NCBI GenBank assembly: GCA_038087875.1
Contig: CM075977.1
Coordinates: 161,882,001 to 161,946,000, forward strand
Reading direction: 5' to 3'
DNA: 64,000 bases
Origin: Malacoraja senta
Lineage: Eukaryota
The notes below the pieces were generated by a model. That model was not told the origin of the DNA. It was given only the letters and a program-made list of their open reading frames with translations, and did no database searches. The translations under genes and the position numbers were made by a program. Of the stretch, positions 1 to 12,455 are shown one piece after another. The first letter of the stretch is position 1. Each line of letters opens with the position of its first letter.

Positions 1-939
1 TTTGTGAGGGCTGGTAGTCTAGTGGATAGAAGTGAGCAAATAAACCTGGAAGGCCCACTTTTGATGCTTCTAGTGCTCTTCTTTGTACTTGTTCTTGGTT
101 GAGATGTTGCAAAAGGAGTAGTGTGTGCCTGATTGTTTTCCAAAATTCATGCCAATAAGCGTGCTTATAAATATGAACCACTGTTCAATTAAATTGCCTG
201 TTTTTGCACACAATCCAGATTAGTACGGGGAAAATTTCCTCTGGGGAAATTACTGCAATGATGTAGCAATACACTTTCACAAGAGATCAGTGCATGCAAA
301 ATGAGAACATTTGGGACAATATGTCTATGGTTATGTGCGCAACAGAATCTCAAATAAAAATTCAATTTGCCTGTCTAGGAATAGATATTTACAAATTGTA
401 CATCTATGAGCTAACTTGGACCAGGGGAATAAACTAATTTTAGGGAAAAAAAACAATTGCACGCGTTATATTTAAGGTGACTGAAGTGTTTCATCACAGT
501 ATGGGAATGAAGCAAAGATTCCGAATACTTCTTAACCCCAAGCTGTTGTTCCACAAGTTGAAAGGACAGGTGATTAAGTATGGCAAAATTGAGAAAAAAG
601 TAAAGGCAATCCAGTATCTTGTCTATTGTGCAATAGCTTCTGACACTATATTGATGCGAAGTACAAATCCTTGCACTGCATTTTGTCCTCAACTAACACC
701 ACTCAACATGTGTCCCACAAGATTCAGACCATGAGACTCAGGTTTATCGGCGATATTATTAGATAGGCTTGCCAGTCTTGTGCAAGTGGGGGATAGTCAA
801 TTAAGCCATTAGAGAACACTGTTGCTTACCATGACATGTCTGCTGCCATTACCTGCATTTCTTTCGATATGCGGATCTCTGCAGCTGGGAAAATTGTAAC
901 GATGATGAAAATTGTTTGTCATAATTGTTTTCTTTTAAG

Positions 940-1155
940 CGGAGGAATTAAAGGAGAGATTTAATTGGGGGAGCTGGATAAATAGGAATCACCTTTTCCT
1001 CTTCGTGGAGGGATCAAAATATCAGGGGCCATAGATGGAAGTAATTAGTAGAAGGAAGAGAGGTGAGCTGCGGAAAGACCTTTTCACCCCAAGGGTGGTG
1101 AGGGTCTGGAACTCACACCGCCTGAAAGGGTGATAGAGGCAGGTACTCCATGAGC
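940..1155 (+). mobile_element. Old CR1 LINE 3' ORF2 fragment
   Basis: Degenerate match to the CR1 C-terminus seen in younger copies in this window (caggggccataga...ttttcaccccaagggtggtgagggtctggaactc, equivalent to RGH...FFTQRVV..WNSLP). Confidence 0.7.
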
Positions 1156-1344
1156 TACAAAAAAAATTAAAAAATCAGAACAGTTGACATGGTTTATCGT
1201 TGTGCCATTCAGCAAACATGAATGTCAACAAATTATCCTTAAACCTGACATGATTTATTCTTTAAAATGTCCTATGTATATTTTATTACTCCCTGTCAAA
1301 GACTAGGAATGGACCAAGTCCTGACACTAGCTTGTCACGAATGA

Positions 1345-1452
1345 CAAGGTTCAAGGTTCACATTTATTTGTCACATGCACCAATTAAGGGACAGTGAAAT
1401 GAGTTACCATGCAGCCATACAATTAAAAAGAACACAATACACAATAGAATTT
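1345..1452 (-). mobile_element. 3' tail of a Rex1/Babar-like LINE or derivative
   Basis: Short repeat (caaggtt)2 followed by tttatttgtcacatg...acagtgaaat, the same layout as the tails at 3538 and 60190. Confidence 0.5.
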
Positions 1453-3537
1453 GTGGATGCTTTGCATTGGATACTTGGCCACAGTTAACAGCATCCAAGA
1501 GCATGTGTATCCTCAAAGATGGCAGAGTCCTGCACAAGTATGGTTGAAGAATTTCTTTCAGTCAGAAGCTGCGTGTGGATGGTTTCTCTTGATGTTCCCC
1601 AGGTCTCACACAACTGTGTTCAGCCAATTTGGCTCACTTTGAATGGCATCAAGAAATTCCTGGTTGGGGTGCAAAAGAATTGTATTCCAGAACCAGCCAT
1701 GCTGGATTAACTGTGACAACACCATACATCAAAATGTGTAGAAAATTACCCAGGTATTTCCCCTCCTCAAGATGCAGGATATAACAATGTTATATCATGC
1801 AGCACTCGCTCACTGATAAACAAAGCACTGGTGGGCAGGTTGGGTTCTTTCATGACAACTTAGATCCAGACTGATCACAGTCATAACTCAAACATAGACA
1901 CAAGTGTTGAAATCCCAGAGTGTTTGCCCTCAAGATAAAGTCAACATTTCAGTGGCATCAAGATATGTTAGTAAAATGGTGTTCATGGAAAGCAAAGGGA
2001 AAGCTCTCCTGGATGAACACATATCCAGCACAATAGCACATCAGTGGCTTGAATATTCAGTGCTAACTAGCATCCTTCACATCGTAGGAGTGTGGGTGGC
2101 TGATCCATTACTGTTTAGTTTGTGCTCTCCCGAAACTGAATTTCACCCCAACGTACCCTCTGAAGCTGGATGTATTGTAGATCTTTTCAAAGGGACAAAG
2201 GTGTCACAGTTTACCGTACCATGCTGTGCGATTGTATTAGTTTCACTGACCATGGATCATTTTTAAGGATACATATAGTGAGTGTACCTAGTCAGAATGC
2301 TAGTAGCAACATGCATGTTATTAACTTGCTAATCATCCCTTCAGTACCCATTCATCCAATCTCAGTAACTCTACACCTCACATGGTGTGTTGCGGGGATG
2401 GAATGAATTGCATGAATACTCTATGCCACTATGCACGATCTGCCGCAAGGAATCCAGCCAAACAGCTCTTGGTGCCGCTTTTCTGTTGTGTTTTCTATTG
2501 TGTTTTCAACTTTGCACTGTTGTTTTGGAAAACTGGGCAATTCACTCTGAGGGACCTAAAACGGTCACTTTGACTGTAACTGATGGAACTGCTTTTGTTG
2601 AAGCAATTGGGTAATTATTGGCAGCGTCCTTGGGCAATTATGGACTGCGTTATTATTTGAGTTTCTTTTGATCTATATCTATTGTGAATGGCTTATTAAG
2701 GATGGGCCCTCATTAACCTTGCCAGGTGCAAAGACTTCATTCTGTCAACTTGTAGACTGGCAAAGGAGTAAGGTTCTAAGATATATGCTCATTGCCTCCA
2801 TTCAATGGTACCTAATAGGATTGATCATGCCAATCAACAGTTGAAACAAACTGGTTACTTATTTAGATGTTCACCGTTTACTTCATTATGTTACAACAAA
2901 ATGTGGTATCTGATTATAGCTGATGAAAGCTGTTGTCTGCTCTGTCCACTGAAGCAGGATAGTTCTCACAGGAAAGGCACTGGTATGGCTTTTCTGCTAA
3001 ATGGTAGAAGTCTGCAGCTGGTAGAATACATAACCTGCCCTGTGGGCAAGTCTAATTCTTCCTGTATGTTCAGTTAGGAAGAGCAGGTTTGGCCCACTGA
3101 GCCTTACCGAGATGACTGCAATCACCTATGACCATGTACCTCCCTCCCACGAGATTAATTAATTGGAGAGTCAATGGGAGACCAAGAGCTGCCCGATCTT
3201 TGTCAGCTGGCAGTCAGTCTGCAACTTCTACCCACACTGGCTGAGAAATGGATCAAGCAATCAAGCACATTTAATCTAGGCTCAGCAATTTAAAATGGTT
3301 GGGAATTAATTTGCCACAGTGATTTCCTGGCAGAAATTATCTCAAAGAGATTAACCTTTGAGAAAAAAAAGGCATTGGTAGCAGCTGTGGAGCAGCTTTC
3401 AAATGTTCAGTGTACAACCACTGAACATGCAACAGGGACATAGAGAGACCAAAATGATAATATACCTCTCTGAGCAAATAGTTCAGTGTGTGAGGATAAA
3501 CCCCACCCTCCGCACAGAAACTTGAAATGTACATAAA

Positions 3538-4006
3538 ATTGGTATTGGTATGTTACTGTCACATGTACGGAGATACAGTGATAAGCTTTACGTACATGCT
3601 TACAGTCAAATCATACAAAACATGAGTGCAATCAAGCCATGCACAAGTACAACAGGTAGTGCGTAGAGAAAAATAACCAGTGCAGAATATAGTATACAAC
3701 ATTACTGTAGTTTTACAGCCACGGGGGAAGTACAGATGAAAATAAAGTGGAAGGCTACAATAAGGTAGGTTGGGAGATTGAGACTACAGCCCTAGCTCAT
3801 GAGAGGTCCATTCAGTAGATGGATAACAAAGGGGAACAAGCTGTTCCTGAATCTGATGGCATATTCTTTCAAGTTTTTGTATCTTCCACCTGAGAAGGCG
3901 AGGACAGAAGAGGGAATGTCCGAGGTATAGAGAGTTTGTGGTTATGTTGCTGCTTGAAGTGCAGATGGAATCGATGGAAGGGGGAAAACTGATTTGTGCG
4001 ATGGTC
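3538..4006 (-). mobile_element. Rex1/Babar-like LINE 3' fragment
   Basis: The reverse complement of gggaacaagctgttcctgaatctg...cttccacctgagaaggcgaggacagaagagggaatgtcc resembles the Rex1 C-terminal HSLFxxLPSGRRY...FRNSFFP motif. It has a tail with short repeats. Confidence 0.7.
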
Positions 4007-4162
4007 TAAATCATGGAATTCTCTGCTCAACATTTTTGTTGGTGTGTCCTTGCCAGAAGGACTCCAGCAGTTAAAGAAGGTTGCTCCCAAAAACCTTCTC
4101 AAAGGCAATTGGGGATGGGCAATAAATGTCATCGACACGCAGATCCCCACAAATGAATAACT
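4007..4162 (+). mobile_element. 3' tail of a second LINE family (same family as 45835-46600)
   Basis: ccttctcaaaggcaattggggatgggcaataaatg tail. Related segments occur at 15025-15190 (-) and 46450-46600. Confidence 0.6.
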
Positions 4163-5448
4163 AAAGAGCTTTATTGACACAATAAACTAGTTGCAATTTA
4201 ATTTAGTCTTGTTTTGACAGTCACTATTTCATCTTCGTTGTCTGACATCCATTTACAATATTTCTGAAGAAACATCAGTTTCCAAATCTTAGTATCTATT
4301 ATTTTCAAAGTAAATGAAAAAATCCTTCCCATTATTTAGTGTAGTTTTCCTTACTCGTGCAATGGAAGATTTCAATGCTGGCTTGTTTAAAGACACTCCA
4401 TAATATTTTGCTATTTTTTTGGCATTTAAAAATGTTTTGTACATTTGATATTTTGTTTCTTGAACAACAAACTCAGAAACAACTTGTGTACAGATGTAAT
4501 CGAAGACTTAAAGATGCAAGTTGTAAGATTTTGCCATTTGTGCGTGCTGGACGTGCGGTGAAAATGATAAGTGGCACTTTAAATTTTAACCACATTGAAC
4601 AAAGTTTATGTATGCCCAAAGTATGTTCTCCATGTTCTAAAACCAATTATTTATCAACTTATGCATGGTCTTATATTGGTTCTGGTACATTTAATTTTTT
4701 GGTAACATGAATAAACACATTTATAAATACCTTGGCCATGTTAAAGATGGTTGAATTCTGAAGCACACATGGGTAGTTTCCAGCCCTCCTTGATTGTCAA
4801 GGAGTCTTCTGTAATTAAATAAACTCTCACTAAGAGCAATCTGGAAGGTGGGTTGATACATGGTATGGCGTGAATGTGCACTGGCCAGAGACTGAACTAC
4901 TTGAGTTGACTAATATGAGGAATGATCTTTTCCCCAGTGCGAGCACTTTTGAAGTGGTATAATTGCACCAACATTGTTTTAATCTTCTGCACTTCCCTGG
5001 GGGTGGTTAGGTGGGTATCACGCAAGTTCACAGGTGAAAGAGTGGGAAGAGTGAGGCGAGATCCACATGTTTCTGCCAGAAAGGCCTAATATCATGGTCC
5101 TCGTCCTGTCATGTTTTAGTTTTAAAAGTCACTTTCATGAAATAATCCTTAACACTTAACTACTTAACACATCAGTTTTAATTTGTCACCTGATCTTGTT
5201 TTGAAAATCAAGATGAACACCATTAATGACAATATAATCACAAAGTTATAATGGCATTAGCAATTCTTAGCTATTTATTTCCCAGTCCTTTGTTATTTTT
5301 ATATAGCTGAAAACAGTTTTTACAACACTGTTGACTTGCGTTAGTCTTGGTTAACTAACAATTGCCGCTACATAATGCTATATTTTAATGACCTCCAAAT
5401 AATGGTTTATTTCCTGTAGTTTGAAATCTCAAAATGCAATAAACTAAG

Positions 5449-5660
5449 CAAGAAACAAAATGCTGGAGGAACTCAATGGGTCAGGCAGCATGTGTGGAAG
5501 AATGGACAGACAATATTTTAGATCAGGATCTCTCTTCAGACTGATCAGTTCCGACTTGAAACATCATCTGATCATTCCCTCCACAGAAGATGCCTGACCC
5601 ATTGAGATCCTCCAGCACTTTGTTTATTGCTAAAGATTCCAGCTACTGCAGTTTTTTTCT
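5449..5660. mobile_element. PLE-derived palindromic (inverted pseudo-LTR) element, older copy
   Basis: Arms tgctggaggaactcaatgggtcaggca / tgcctgacccattgagatcctccagca are inverted repeats matching the PLE 3' end at 34480-34575. Confidence 0.75.
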
Positions 5661-8403
5661 GATGCCGAGGTACTGATTGGATATCTGCAAATCACATCAA
5701 GGATTTATTGAGTGAAAGATTTTGTAATAACCCAAGGTGTAGACATAAACTTGGATATTGAGAATGTCAATTCATTGCCTGTTGTAGCTGGAGCTTGAGT
5801 AACGTTTGATCAGCAGATATTTAAGGTAAGGTAGATGACCCATTTAATCACACATACTTTTGTCAGCTCCATCTCAATTATTGTTTTATTTATGGATAAT
5901 GAAAGGCAACAGAATATGTTCTAGGCATAATCTGCAATGGATGTGCTTTTGAATAAAGTATTCACCATTTATAATAAGGTGTTTGAGATATAATAGCATT
6001 TAACATTTTTCATCAAACAGCTTGTTAGCTATGCATATTTTGAAGGGCATTTTTCAAGTCAGATTCATCTTTGATGTTTTCTGGCTAACACCTTGCGCTA
6101 TGAACTTTTAAAGTCATTTGGAAATTAAATGTTTTCATGAATGTTACAATGGATTTTTAAATATATTTCCTCATTCAATTATTATTTTCTGTGTGCACAC
6201 ATCAGTGCTTTCCAATGTCTCATCAAATGCAATTTCACAATTCCAACAAAATCAATTTCTAATATTTTGAAATTAACTTAAGAGTGTACTAGAGCCAGTT
6301 AACTTGTTACTGTTGTGCCATTGGCTATTTGTTGCAAAGTCTCTAAGATGTATTAATTATTTAAACTACATAAAACAAAGTACAATGTGTATTTGATCCA
6401 CAACCATATTTTCCATGTAAAAGGCTGCAGAGATGGTAGTGGTGATATAACATAGATGCACATCCCCTTATCCACATATGAACTTACATGCTGTGTATTA
6501 TGGAAGGAAATTTTAACCATCACATCTTTGAACATGTGCATCCTTTGGGAGTATAAAAATCTTGATTACTTGCTAATTGCAAGGACTTGACATTTATAAG
6601 TGACACACTTCAATTACTGAACAGTTCATGCTTCCATTGAGTTCTTCTTGCCAAAATAAAGTGTGAGTCAACCAAGATTCTCCCCAAATGATTGGTGTAC
6701 TGAGGGAGATAACAGTCTAGTATGGAGTATATGCAATATTGGTTGTGAAGATAATTGTTTCTTTTAGACCCCTTAAAGAACTGTCTTGTGACAATCTGCT
6801 GCTATATTGTTTTTTTAGAAAATTCCGCTGGCAATAGGTGAAGTGCGAGTAAGCAATGCACACTCCGAATTGTTCCAATCTCATGTATACTAGTCTGTAC
6901 TTTCTGCAATGGGTATTTTTAGAGGTTCAGAACCTGCTGAGTGCACCTGCTTTCCGTGTAGGTCAGAGCAGAAACACAGCTATCAAAAACATGTCCTTGA
7001 GGATGTTGAATATGTTTTGTCACTGTATTGGTAGTGCAAGTGTTGGAAGCCTGAGATTAATCATGGCAATCTGAAGTACATATGTGAATAATGTGAATAA
7101 TAGTAGAGCCTGAAATTTTGTTGTGAGCTAAAAGTCAAGCCTGGAATGGAAGTTGGTGCTAAATGGCAGCCCAGTTCCTCAAGCGAATCTTTGATGGTTG
7201 CAACAAGGTATGGAGCCCTTTCCATTTGATTGTTCAATAGAGAGCATGACATCAAAGCAGGGAATGGGCAGAATAAGGACAAACACCAATTACAAGATGA
7301 TCCCACAATGAGAATAAGGAGAGATATGTAATCAGCATTTTCAGGTTTTACCTATTTAAGAAGGTAAAAAAGCACACAAAGTAATCCTCGCTACGGAGAG
7401 AGTGACTGACAAGGATGTATTGGAAAAAACTTTTTTTTTAAATAACCTTTATCTAAAAACCATAAGCCAATCTACCAAAAACAGACTAGTATCATATATG
7501 CTGAATATGATGGAATAAGAGCTAAACCAGACAAATATAAGATAGCAATAAAATTATCACCAAGATTGGATCATACCTAATGGGAGTGCTACCAAAGGCA
7601 GATGAGACTGTCCAGTTCTCCAGTGGTTATAAAGTGGCCAGTGGATGATGAATAATATTCTTTGCCTATTTTTCAAGGATTTGGCGCTGAGTTGGCAGAG
7701 GTAAAGGTCTCCATTAATTTAGCCCCATTTTGTATATGCCAAGTCTAATGTAGATGATAAAAAACAGCAGTATTTGATAATTAGCATGCACAAGTAATTG
7801 TATTTGTATACCAAGCTACTGAATAGACTAAAATCATCACCATAAATATTCCAGGTTACTATGGATAAGATGTTGCATAATTTTGCTCATTAGCCATACA
7901 AAGCCAACTGAGTAGAATTTAAAGCATTTTAATTTACTAATGGTACCATATTATGTTGACAATTAACTGGAGTAGACATACCAAATATACATAAAAGAAC
8001 GCTCTTTAAGTGGTGGGGACTCCGCAGGAACATCAACAACTTCCATTTGTGCAGTATATTTTTTGGTCATGAAACTTCCAAAAGATTTTAAAGGAGCAAT
8101 ACCAAACAAACACCAATAATGACTGCTGTGCCTTGTTGTGCTGAGAACCTGAAGCAAATCCAGTGTAAAAATTGCCCCACAACCTGATGTGGAGCATCGT
8201 CCTATGTGGCTGGGGCAAGCAGAGCCACCACTCAACGTTGAGATGTGAAGCTCTGGGCCACACTCCTATTTCATAGTGAGTGTGGGCTATTCCTGGGGAC
8301 CAGTAGCACCTGCTGCATGTGTCGATAGACCACCTGGATCCAATGCTCTCTCTCATCGCCTCCTGCTGGGTGTGATAGAAGCTGCTGTCTTCATCCCAAT
8401 TTG

Positions 8404-8625
8404 AAGATAAGCACAAAATGCTGGAGTAACTCAGCAGGACAGGCAGCATCTCTGGAGAGAAGGAATGGGTGATGTTTTGGGTCGAGAACTTTCTTCAGAC
8501 TGGATCTCGACCCAAAACATCACCCATTCCTTCTCTCCAGAGATGCTGCCTGTCCCGCTGAGTTACTCCAGCATTTTGTGTCTACCTTTGATTTAAACCA
8601 GCATCTGCAGTTCTTTCCTACACAT
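8404..8625. mobile_element. PLE-derived palindromic element with TSD
   Basis: Inverted arms cacaaaatgctggagtaactcagc... / ...gctgagttactccagcattttgtg. Flanked by ttcatc(c/t)caatttg at 8390-8403 and 8626-8639. Confidence 0.85.
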
Positions 8626-9178
8626 TTCATCTCAATTTGTTTGGCTTCAGCTCCCCTGGTCAAGATTTCTCCAGAGCACCACTTTTGAGTTTGTTCTATT
8701 GGATGTACTTCCACAGCTCCAGTGACCCAGGTTTATTCCTGACCTCTGATCTGCCTCAGTGGAATTATGTGGATTTCCTTGGCTGCTGAGGTTTTCCCCA
8801 CGCATGGTGTTGAGCAGCCAAATACAGAGAGAGGAAGACGGCATTGTCTATACTTCCAACAGGATAGGATGAAGGAGAGCATTGAATCAGGCAGCCAATA
8901 AATATGTAGAGCATATGGTGTTGGTCACCAGCAATGGCCCACACAGTCACCATGCTGACCGTGCTGGGCCTTACAAGGCAGTGCTGAGCAGCTGCACAGC
9001 TCACCCCAGCCCCCCCCCCCCCCCCCCCCATCACTAGTCCTTATGGGTAGTCCCTCCACACTGAACCATTGGAAGATTCAATGCTGGAGAAAGTGCCCAG
9101 TTGAGGGAAGAGGTTCCTTTAGGTTCTCAGTGCACCCCAGCTGCTTTTTTTCGCCCAAGTACAGTGGAGTATGTATCA

Positions 9179-9993
9179 AGAATAGAATAGAATAGAATGC
9201 CTTTTATTGTCATTCAAACAGCTTGGTTTGAACAAAATTGCATTTTCTACAGTCTTAACCATTACAAAAAAAACCAAGACCCACACTTAACACACTTTAC
9301 ACAAACATCCATCACAGTGAATCTCCAACACCTCCTCACTGTGATGGAAGGCAAAAGTCTTATCTCTTCCCTTGTTCTTCACCCGCGGTCCAGCAGTCCA
9401 ACTGCAGCATCGAGGCGAACTGGGGCTCCCGATGTTAAAACCCCCGGCGGGCGATGGTAAGTCCTGCGGCTGTTAAGCTGCGCTGGGCGATGTTAGGCCC
9501 CGCTCCAAGTCATTTCACCCCGCGATTCCGGCGGGAGAAGCTGCCGTTGCGGGAGCTCCGAAAAGCGGTGTCTCACCAGGGACCTGCGAGCTCCCGATGT
9601 TACCGTCCACAGAGCCTACGGCCGGAGCCTCCGAAGCTCCGAAGTCGGGTTGCAGCCGAGCACCACCACAGCTCTCCCCGCTCCGAAGTCGGCCAGCTCC
9701 GCGATGGCAGGTCCGCAGGCTCCGCGGCTGGAGCCCTCAGGTTGGTTCCGGCCGGAGGCCGCCGCCGGCTACACGATGTTAGGCCCAACGACATCGGAGA
9801 CCCGACAGGGAAAAAGTCAGGTCCCCGAACAGGGAAGAGATTAACGGTTTCCCCAACCCCCCCCCCCCCCCACACACATATACACAGCTAAAAAAATAAT
9901 AAAACTAGAATCAAAACATACATTTAACGAGACAAAAATAAAAACAAAGGACAGACGGACTGTAGTCGAGCCACTGCCGTTAGGCGCCGCCAC
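9179..9993 (-). mobile_element. Non-autonomous GC/CpG-rich retroposon with (TTCTA)n tail
   Basis: Microsatellite tail at 9179-9198 and a 13-bp stem hairpin at 9308-9348 shared with 32403-32442. The CpG-rich body has no credible ORF. Confidence 0.65.
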
Positions 9994-10337
9994 ACCACAC
10001 CATGCCACGCCACCAATTGTTCTCTTAAGGCCACTTAAGAGAATGAATTTTTTTTAACATAATGCAAAATGGGGAATGGTGTAGTGTAATGTATTAAATT
10101 AGTTGTAGCCACAGACTGTTGAAGTTAAGAAGAACAAATGTTTTTGAAAATAATGTGAACTTTAAAGAATCTGGGAATAAATATTTTTTTTACTTCAAAA
10201 TTAAAGCCAGTCAAATAGTTAAACACTTATTTTTTCATTATTTATTTTCCTTGTTGCTCTTTTTCAAGTGAAAGTTTGGGGTATATACTCCTTGAAGGTG
10301 TGACGAATAATTGGAGGCCTTGTTCAAACATGTAAGC

Positions 10338-10617
10338 TGCAAAATAAGAGGCTTGTCATTTAAAACTGAGGTGCGGAGAAATTTCATCTCTGCATATAGT
10401 GAATCTCTGGAATTCTCTGCCCACAAAGATGGTGGCTGTCGGATCATTAGAAGTAGTTAATATGGTGAGACATAAATATTTAAAAGACTCAGGAATTGAG
10501 GTTTGTTGGGTTCTGGTATGGGAAAGGAGTTGAGGCCAATATAGATCGGCCATGTTCATATTGAACACTGGGGCAAGTTTGAGGGGCCTGGTGGCCTACA
10601 CTTGCTCCATTTTTCTG
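10338..10617 (+). mobile_element. Old CR1 3' end
   Basis: Resembles FKTEVRRNF...LWNSLP plus the CR1 3'UTR (gatcggccatg...gaggggcctggtggcctac). Confidence 0.75.
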
Positions 10618-11583
10618 GGGGGATTTACACTGCTTTTCCTCTTAAGGTTAGTACACTGCACAACATCTTCATGTTAGTCTTTTACCAATTCCCTAATGGC
10701 TACCTTAACATGATGCTGGAAGAATTAACTTAAAGTTTTTCATCTTGCAGCCATTGCAACAGTTATATGTTTCTATCCAAGATACAGCATTAAGGTTGAG
10801 CCTGCTTCATCTTGTACATGGCTCTGCTGCAGATATTTCCAGTTAATTTTCTGATTCATTCATCAACTTTTCCCACCATTATAGGGTTCACATGATGGTG
10901 GATAGCTGGAAAACCCGTGGGACATTATTTTTCTTGCTTTCCGCGATTATCAGCTGTGCTGCGTGTTCTGTTGCTGTTGCTTTAAATATTTTTTTTCAAG
11001 ATGACTGATCATGTTGATTGCAACCAGCTGCTGAAATCTGCTTTGTGGTCGAAACCTAGCTTTTGTTATGCAAAAATCATTTGTATAAGCTGGAATGTGC
11101 CTAGTCTATTGGTAATGATGGTGTGTGGTGGTTGGATAATATCATTTTGTTCACTCTAATTTGGTTGCATTCATGCCAGGTGCATATAACACTGCACTCT
11201 CATAGCCCAACTGTTACAGATGAAATGTCTGAAGAAGCATTGCTCTTAGTGTGGCAATCTACTACCTTCCAGCATATTGGTATTGAATATGCAAAAGAAT
11301 GAAAACAATCCAGTTAAATTCTCTTGCTCCAACGTGCACACAGGAAACCGCTGACGAGTCAAAATGACGCAAGCTTTGCTCATTTATTTTTTAAGCTTCT
11401 CCATGGCAAATGCTCTCCAGAGGGAGGGTGTGCATTGTCACTATGAAGCACAAGTTATTTAGCCTTCATATTGGGTATGAGGCAAACAATTTTTACGTTA
11501 TCTAGTGCCCTCACTGGCAAATAGGAACCAATTTTAGTAAGTGATAATCATTAAAACATTGCAGATGCTGGTAATCTGAAACA

Positions 11584-12455
11584 GAACATAGAACAGCACA
11601 GTACAAGAGCAGGCCCTTTGGCCCTCAATGTCTGTGCTGAACATGATACCAAGACCAACTCTCATCTGCCTGCACATAATGCATATCCATCCATTCCCTA
11701 CATATCTATATGCCTATCCAAAAGTCTCTTAAATACCTCTATGGTATCTGCTTCAACCATCACTCCTGGCAGTGCATTCCAGGCACTCTTCACCCTCTGT
11801 GTAAAAAATAACTTACATGGCACCTTTAAACTTTACCCCTCCAACCTTTTAAAGCTATGCCCTCGGCTATTTGATTTTTCCTTCCTGGGAAAAAGGTTCT
11901 GACTGTCTACCCTATCTATTTCTCTCGTAATTTTTTCAGAGGTTATGGAGAGAAGGAAGGAGAATGGGGTTAGGAGGAAGAGATAGATCAGCCATGATTG
12001 AATGGCGGAGTAGACTTGATGGGCCCAATGGCCTAATTCTACTCTTATCACTTATGAACTTATGATCTACTTTTATGTACTTCCATCAGGTCTTCCTGCA
12101 ACCTCCAACATTCTAGAGAAAACAATCCATATCTGTCCAACCTCTCCATGCAACTAATACCATCTAATCCAGGCCTCATTCTGGTAAACCTCCTCTGCAC
12201 CCTTTCCAAAACCTTCCTGTAATGAGGCGACTAAACCTGCATGCACTACTCCAAATGTGGCCCAACCAAAGTCCTATAAAATTGCATCATAATTTCCTGA
12301 CTCTTATTCTCAATGCCCGGACCTATGAAGACAACCGTATCATATTATCCTTTCAACACGACACTGTCTTTTGTAAATTAGTTCTTAATCCTTACGACCG
12401 AGTCACTGTTAATCACAGGCATCTTAATCTTCTGGATCAGCCTACCATGGAGCAA
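11584..12455 (-). mobile_element. CR1 3' fragment containing an oppositely oriented CR1 tail (11937-12068, +), inserted into a PLE tail remnant (11559-11585 and 12457-12541)
   Basis: The minus ORF contains IDRVDSQNLFPRKEKSNSRGHSFK (CR1 ORF2 C-terminus). The inner piece carries a CR1 3'UTR with a (cttatga) tail. Confidence 0.8.

Noticed and set aside
9454-9891. Overlapping Arg/Pro/Ala-rich ORFs
   Set aside because: GC-rich retroposon body open in several frames, with no recognisable domain.
11001-11111. 111-nt in-frame exon candidate (MTDHVDCNQLLK...)
   Set aside because: AAG acceptor, weak donor (TTG|GTAATG), unrecognised peptide and no partner exons.
11351-11381. Hammerhead-like CTGACGA-GTC aaaat GAC-GCAA-GC ttt GC-TC in unique DNA
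   Set aside because: Stems II and III can form, but the invariant GAAA is GCAA and no stem I pairs. It is more simply two TGACG (CRE half-site) words or chance.
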